From NCBI GenBank assembly GCA_027297825.1, contig JAPUHH010000084.1, forward strand, positions 1-32,888: 32,888 nucleotides of DNA, read 5' to 3'. Origin of the DNA: Gammaproteobacteria bacterium. GTDB lineage: Bacteria > Pseudomonadota > Gammaproteobacteria > UBA4575. Below the pieces are notes generated by a model, which saw nothing but the letters and a program-made list of their open reading frames with translations, was not told the origin of the DNA and searched no databases. Positions 28,471-32,888 of the stretch are shown here, in pieces; position 1 is the first letter of the stretch; the number at the start of each line of letters is the position of its first letter. The position numbers and the translations under genes were made by a program.

Positions 28471-30036
28471 TTAAAAATACCACATGCCAAACAGCAAACC
28501 TGCTGCGGCAAGCAATAAAGTTAAAATAAAATTACGATTGGATGTTTTAATTTCTTTTCTGATCAATTCAAGTTCCTGACTATGCCATTCAAGTTTTGCT
28601 TGCCCTTGCTCAAATTTTTTCAGCGTCGAATAAACTAAATCTGGAATTTCCGGCAAGCGCTCTGCCATCCGTGGCAATTGTTTGCGAAGTCCCAATGCTA
28701 ATGCACGCACACCGACCTGCTCACTCATCCAACGATCCAGAAACGGCTTAGCCGTCTCCCAAAGATCAAGATCAGGATCCAACTGTCGACCTAAACCTTC
28801 AATATTCAATAATGTCTTTTGTAGCAAAATGAGCTGCGGCTGCACCTCCATATGAAAACGACGCGCGGTTTGAAATAACCGTAACAATAAATTACCAAAT
28901 GAAATTTCACTTAAGGGCCGTTGAAATATAGGCTCTAAAACCGTACGAATTGCAGACTCAAATTGATCAACACGTGTATCCGATGGCACCCATCCGGATT
29001 CTAAATGCAATTCTGCTACGCGACGGTAATCGCGATTTAAAAAGGCCAAAAGATTTTCAGCTAAATAGCGCTGATCAGTCAGAGACAAAGTGCCCATAAT
29101 GCCAAAATCAACACCGATATATTTAGGCTCCTCTGGATTCTCGTAAGAAACGAATATATTGCCAGGGTGCATATCGGCATGAAAAAAATTATGGCGGAAC
29201 ACTTGCGTAAAAAAGATATGGCTGCCGCGGTCAGATAATTTTTTAAGATCCACGCCATGCTTGCGCAATGCATCGATATCACTAACCGGAATACCTTTAA
29301 TACGCTCCATCACCATAATATTGCGCCGACAAAGATTGAAATAAACTTCTGGCACGTAGAGTTCTGAAGAATTTTCAAAATTTCTGCGTAGCTGACTTGC
29401 ATTGGCGGCTTCACGCATTAAATCAAGCTCATCGAGAACAATATTCTCGTACTCATCCACAACCTCTTTAGGTCGCAGTCGACGCCCATCTTCCCAATAA
29501 CGATGTGCAATAGAGGCCAGTGCATGCATGAGTTCTAAATCTTTACGCACCTGCTTTTCAACCCCAGGCCGCAATACCTTAATAACAACTTCTTCACCGC
29601 TATGCAGTGTTGCGACATGCACTTGTGCAATCGAAGCCGATGCCAAAGGTTCAACACTAAAATCAGCAAACGCTTCTAGCACAGGTTGCTTAAGAGCTTT
29701 TTCTATTATGTCTTTCGCCACTTCACCGGAAAACGGTGGCACCTGGTCTTGCAATTTGGCAAGCTCATTAGCGATGTCATCCGAAAGCAAATCGCGACGT
29801 GTGGAGAGCGCTTGACCAAACTTTACAAATACAGGCCCAAGGTCTTCTAGTGCGCGGCGAATACGCGCGCCATGGGAAATTTCAACCTTACGAAACCAGT
29901 GCCAGGGTAATAAAAAAAGTAAAAAACGAATCGGACGAAAATACGGCACCGCTAACAGCACTTCTTCTAAACCATGACGCACCAACACAACGTTGATATG
30001 TAAAATGCGGAATAAGAGTCGTATGTACCGCATCAT
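28471..30036 (-). CDS. ubiB: ubiquinone biosynthesis protein kinase-like UbiB
   Basis: 521 aa. LGPVFVKFGQ.LSTRRDLL, ASIAQVH.A and FHADMHPGNIF (ABC1/ADCK motifs), with C-terminal TM helices. Last gene of the ubiE-ubiJ-ubiB operon. Confidence 0.95.
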   Translation of the reverse strand: MMRYIRLLFRILHINVVLVRHGLEEVLLAVPYFRPIRFLLFLLPWHWFRKVEISHGARIRRALEDLGPVFVKFGQALSTRRDLLSDDIANELAKLQDQVPPFSGEVAKDIIEKALKQPVLEAFADFSVEPLASASIAQVHVATLHSGEEVVIKVLRPGVEKQVRKDLELMHALASIAHRYWEDGRRLRPKEVVDEYENIVLDELDLMREAANASQLRRNFENSSELYVPEVYFNLCRRNIMVMERIKGIPVSDIDALRKHGVDLKKLSDRGSHIFFTQVFRHNFFHADMHPGNIFVSYENPEEPKYIGVDFGIMGTLSLTDQRYLAENLLAFLNRDYRRVAELHLESGWVPSDTRVDQFESAIRTVLEPIFQRPLSEISFGNLLLRLFQTARRFHMEVQPQLILLQKTLLNIEGLGRQLDPDLDLWETAKPFLDRWMSEQVGVRALALGLRKQLPRMAERLPEIPDLVYSTLKKFEQGQAKLEWHSQELELIRKEIKTSNRNFILTLLLAAAGLLFGMWYF

Positions 30037-30037
30037 T

Positions 30038-30658
30038 CTATTGCTTGCATGCCTGCATCAGCCGACTCGTGCGCGCCTCTAAGCGTTCGATGTCCGCATC
30101 CAATGCATCCACCGCATTTAAAAATCGCTCAACTTCAATTTTAGTAGGCGTGATACGAGATTCTTCTTGCAAATACTCGCTCACATCTAAACGAAAGTTT
30201 TCCACAGAGCGCTGTTTGTAAGTTTTTGCGCGCCGTACAAACGTACCTAATTGATAAGCAAGCGGGTCACCCACATATTTAGACGCCACTTCTTCCCAAT
30301 CTATATCAATACTCATAAAAATCGTACGCAACTGATTTGCCAGCCCCGCATCACCTTCAATTCTTAGTGCATGGTCATTCAGCATTGATTGGTAGTTCGC
30401 GCCGAGCCCTAAACGCAGCAAAGCGATTACATTGGTATAAATAGTTGTAGTAATCTCTTGCATATCTTCATCATCTTCATCATCTTCATATTCAGCAACG
30501 ATAATGGAAGAATGAATAGCAGAAATAAGAAATGTCTTGTTTACATCCGTTAATGTAAGCACTAAATACTGATTTTCAAGCTCATGAAGTTGCAAAGCCA
30601 CTTCAGGATCACTATCAAAGTACTTTTGCAGCGAATTGTTGATAAATTTAAGTAGCAT
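30038..30658 (-). CDS. ubiJ: ubiquinone biosynthesis accessory factor UbiJ (SCP2-like)
   Basis: Sits between ubiE and ubiB. Has an SCP2-like N-terminal half and a coiled C-terminal region. The ATG at 30658 lies 4 nt after the ubiE stop. The alternative ATG at 30709 would overlap ubiE by 47 nt. Contains the acidic insert EYEDDEDDEDMQE. Confidence 0.8.
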   Translation of the reverse strand: MLLKFINNSLQKYFDSDPEVALQLHELENQYLVLTLTDVNKTFLISAIHSSIIVAEYEDDEDDEDMQEITTTIYTNVIALLRLGLGANYQSMLNDHALRIEGDAGLANQLRTIFMSIDIDWEEVASKYVGDPLAYQLGTFVRRAKTYKQRSVENFRLDVSEYLQEESRITPTKIEVERFLNAVDALDADIERLEARTSRLMQACKQ

Positions 30659-30662
30659 TTCG

Positions 30663-31412
30663 TTATGCGGTAAGTTTATGCCCGCGGTGTATAGAAACGA
30701 TACCGCCATTAAGATTGATGAAATTGCACTGCTCGAAACCTGCCGCTTCTAACATAAATTGTAGTGTTTCTTGATCAGGATGTTTGCGGATGGATTCAGC
30801 TAAGTACTGATAACTTTCAGCATCCTTAGCAATCATTTTCCCCATTTGCGGTAGCAACTTAAACGAGTAGGTGTCGTAGAAACCACGCATCCATTTTTTC
30901 GGTTTCGAAAATTCTAGAATCAGCAACTGGCCACCTGGCTTAATTAGATTAAAGATAGCCCGCAATGCGCGGCCTTTGTCGGTAAAATTACGCAAGCCAA
31001 ACGCAAGTGTTACCCGATCAAAGTGGTTTTCTTCAAAAGGCAATGATTCTGCTTTGGCTTGGGCATAGTAAATGTGTTTGAATAAGCCACGATCAATTAA
31101 GCGTTGACGCCCTTGCTCCAACATGGCCGCATTTGGGTCACACATGGTAATCGCGCCCTTACCACTCAGTTTAGGCGCAAGTAACGCAGTGATATCCCCG
31201 GTACCCGCGGCTAAATCCAAAATTTGGTGATGTGGCCGAACATTCGCAATATGTACAAAATAACGCTTCCAAACACGATGCAAGCCCAATGACATAACGT
31301 CATTCATGATGTCGTAATTGCCGGCTACAGCATCAAACACCTTGCCGACTTTTTGGGTCTTTTCTTCAGGCGTAACGTCTTTGTAACCGAAATGAGTGGT
31401 CTTTTCAGGCAT
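30663..31412 (-). CDS. ubiE: bifunctional demethylmenaquinone / 2-methoxy-6-polyprenyl-1,4-benzoquinol methyltransferase UbiE
   Basis: 249 aa. THFGYKDV..EEK...V..VF..VA..YD.MND..S.G.HR.WK, the SAM motif LDLAAGTGD, and LRNFTDK. Confidence 0.95.
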   Translation of the reverse strand: MPEKTTHFGYKDVTPEEKTQKVGKVFDAVAGNYDIMNDVMSLGLHRVWKRYFVHIANVRPHHQILDLAAGTGDITALLAPKLSGKGAITMCDPNAAMLEQGRQRLIDRGLFKHIYYAQAKAESLPFEENHFDRVTLAFGLRNFTDKGRALRAIFNLIKPGGQLLILEFSKPKKWMRGFYDTYSFKLLPQMGKMIAKDAESYQYLAESIRKHPDQETLQFMLEAAGFEQCNFINLNGGIVSIHRGHKLTA

Positions 31413-31531
31413 GCTTGATTAAATGATTTATTCTTCTAACGACTACAGTTTAAACAAAATGAGCGGCCATGGGGCATTAGATTTTATACTGCTAGTTTTA
31501 GGGTGGATTTGCTAGAGTTAGGTTAAATTAT

Positions 31532-31777
31532 ATGCATTATCTAAAATTTACAGCAGAAAAAACACTTGGTTGGAATGGGGGATTACCTTGGTTGGAGCTT
31601 TCTGCAGGTTCTAAAATTCCTTCATCACTGATGCTTATATTTTTAGTCGGAACCATTGTTTCACTCTGGATAGCACTCGACCCCATCCAGCAAAAAAGAA
31701 AAATGAAATACCTTCCTGTAACTCTAATTTGTTTTATTGGATTTTTGTTAGCAAGCGCATGGGATATGGTCCAATGA
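31532..31777 (+). CDS. possible small two-TM membrane protein (weak)
   Basis: 81-aa ORF with two hydrophobic helices. There is no convincing SD, and an equally long antisense ORF exists. A REP-like palindrome overlaps its stop codon. Confidence 0.3.
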   Translation: MHYLKFTAEKTLGWNGGLPWLELSAGSKIPSSLMLIFLVGTIVSLWIALDPIQQKRKMKYLPVTLICFIGFLLASAWDMVQ

Positions 31778-31802
31778 CCGCTAACCACCCAAAGCGGTCA
31801 TT
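31773..31802. repeat. REP-like extragenic palindrome, copy B
   Basis: AATGACCGCT-AACCACCCAA-AGCGGTCATT, a perfect 10-bp stem. The central stem pair is A-T where copy A has T-A. Confidence 0.55.
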
Positions 31803-31877
31803 CGAAGATAGTTTGTGTAAAATGTCTTCGACTATAAACCTACCTAAAAAACTCACACAAATAAGGAAAAGAAAGAA

Positions 31878-32342
31878 ATGAGAACTTATTTTAAGAAAGC
31901 CTGTATTTTACTATTTTCGACTTTGTTATTTTCGATTTCCTCTCACGCAGAACAAGCTGGCAAGCCGCTTGCTGAAAAATTGCAGGAAGGACATGTCATA
32001 ATTAAGTCCTCTGTGAGTGGTTGTGATGAAGATATAAAACAGCACTGTGATGGTCTTGGCAACAATGCTGAAAAAGTCTTCATGTGTCTTGCGGCCTATG
32101 AAGAACACCTTAGCCCAGAGTGTAAATTAGGCATTTTGGAAGCTGCTGTGTCCATCAGACTGGGTGCTGCAGCTCTTAATTACTCAATTATTGCCTGTGA
32201 AGCAGATGCGGATAAGCATTGTCTCGATGTGCAGCCAGGTGAGGGCCGTATGGTGAGCTGTATTAAAGCCAATGAGATGCAGGTAAGTAAAGAATGTATA
32301 ACTGCTCTAAAGGAAACTGGATTGTGGGAGCTCGGCAAGTAG
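31878..32342 (+). CDS. secreted cysteine-rich repeat protein (two 4-Cys modules)
   Basis: Signal peptide ending SSHA, with SD AAGGAAAAG upstream. Eight Cys at residues 49, 57, 70, 82 and 107, 115, 128, 140, giving identical C-x7-C-x12-C-x11-C spacing twice. Confidence 0.65.
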   Translation: MRTYFKKACILLFSTLLFSISSHAEQAGKPLAEKLQEGHVIIKSSVSGCDEDIKQHCDGLGNNAEKVFMCLAAYEEHLSPECKLGILEAAVSIRLGAAALNYSIIACEADADKHCLDVQPGEGRMVSCIKANEMQVSKECITALKETGLWELGK

Positions 32343-32452
32343 CAGGCATGATGGCCAGTCATAATTGTTAAGACACAGATTTTTTACTCTAGCTTGTGTG
32401 GAATAATTGAGAAAATCCAGACACAGGAAGGCGGTTTAACTTGATAGCAATT

Positions 32453-32476
32453 ACGTCCCCTTTAGGGGACGTTTTC
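32453..32476 (+). terminator. rho-independent terminator
   Basis: ACGTCCCC-TTTA-GGGGACGT (8-bp stem, 4-nt loop) followed by TTTCATTT, 110 nt after the Cys-rich gene stop. Confidence 0.6.
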
Positions 32477-32544
32477 ATTTGAGTTGCAGATCCGAGGTGG
32501 CAAGTAAGCGACACTTTTGAAATATTACTAGGGCCTAATCGACT

Positions 32545-32576
32545 GAATGACCGCTAACGACCCAAAGCGGACATTC
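32545..32576. repeat. REP-like extragenic palindrome, copy C
   Basis: GAATGACCGCT-AACGACCCAA-AGCGGACATTC. Same family as copies A and B, with one central A/A mismatch: left arm like copy B, right arm like copy A. Confidence 0.5.
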
Positions 32577-32888
32577 AATGTTAAAAATAATGGACGTGAA
32601 ATCTAGTAAGTTGGGCACTCTTCTTTGAGAAAACTGTTAGGTATTTTCATGAGTGGGCTCTCACCATTTAATTACCCACCCCTTTTCGCGAATAGCTCAG
32701 TACAAAGAAGCCTTGTTCGTTCTAAGCTAATTGCAAGGCTTAGAATTCAGTCTACTATGTGGCAAATTACGAATTCACCAGGCGCACCTAATGAAGGTCA
32801 TATAAAAAATGTTTTAAGTTGATACTTTTGTTGGCAGGGAAACGGGCCCTCTATAAACCAATGCTTGCAATTCTCATGGGATAGGGCA

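Noticed and set aside
30464-30488. Tandem 9-nt repeat (TCATCTTCA, about 2.8 copies) inside ubiJ, encoding DEDDEDDED, as a possible contingency or slippage locus.
   Set aside because: The unit length is a multiple of three, so slippage stays in frame, and the copy number is too low. It is most simply an acidic low-complexity linker.
31537-31788. 83-aa minus-strand ORF mirroring the 81-aa plus-strand ORF.
   Set aside because: Mutually exclusive with 31532..31777. The plus-strand version gives two clean TM helices, while the minus-strand product has no features. Both are weak, and only the plus-strand one is listed, at low confidence.
32625-32822. 65-aa ORF, and a tRNA-like string ATAGCTCAGTA at about 32692-32702.
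   Set aside because: The ORF has a TTG start, no SD and a featureless product. The D-loop-like 11-mer is not accompanied by an acceptor stem, anticodon arm or GTTCGAATC-type T-loop, so it is neither a tRNA nor a convincing tRNA fragment or att site.

Overview
This 32.9 kb window looks like ordinary chromosomal core from a low-GC (about 40% by eye) gammaproteobacterium. Several gene neighbourhoods resemble those of Pseudomonas and Legionellales: argS with a SPOR gene, P-II/ubiK/comM, engB/cytochrome c4/dsbA, polA/thrB, and ubiE-ubiJ-ubiB.

About 30 coding regions can be supported:
- Recognisable genes: argS (5'-truncated by the window edge), a SPOR-domain protein, nadA, speA, speE, a P-II protein, ubiK, comM, cytochrome c5, an NlpC/P60 lipoprotein, dsbA, cytochrome c4, engB, polA, thrB, a TRAP transporter (Q and M on +, P on -), uvrD, ubiB, ubiJ and ubiE.
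- Uncharacterised genes: a 432-aa coiled-coil protein, three membrane or YcgL proteins downstream of speA, a 122-aa putative lipoprotein between polA and engB, and a Cys-rich secreted protein with an internal duplication.

I found no rRNA, tRNA, CRISPR array, transposase, integrase or recognisable defence, toxin or phage gene. I see no convincing evidence for a novel multi-gene system.

The observations most worth a second look are all small-scale:
1. A roughly 150-nt ORF-free minus-strand unit in the polA/engB convergent gap. It has a sigma70-like promoter, three exposed CU-rich (anti-Shine-Dalgarno-like) motifs and a strong intrinsic terminator. This is the position Spot 42 occupies in E. 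coli.
2. A REP-like palindrome family with three copies, showing a compensatory base change between copies.
3. A frameshifted SLC13/TrkA-C permease.
4. A decayed lipoprotein gene hidden in the 670-bp argS/nadA-side gap.

All product calls rest on motif and family recognition by eye. No database search was run.
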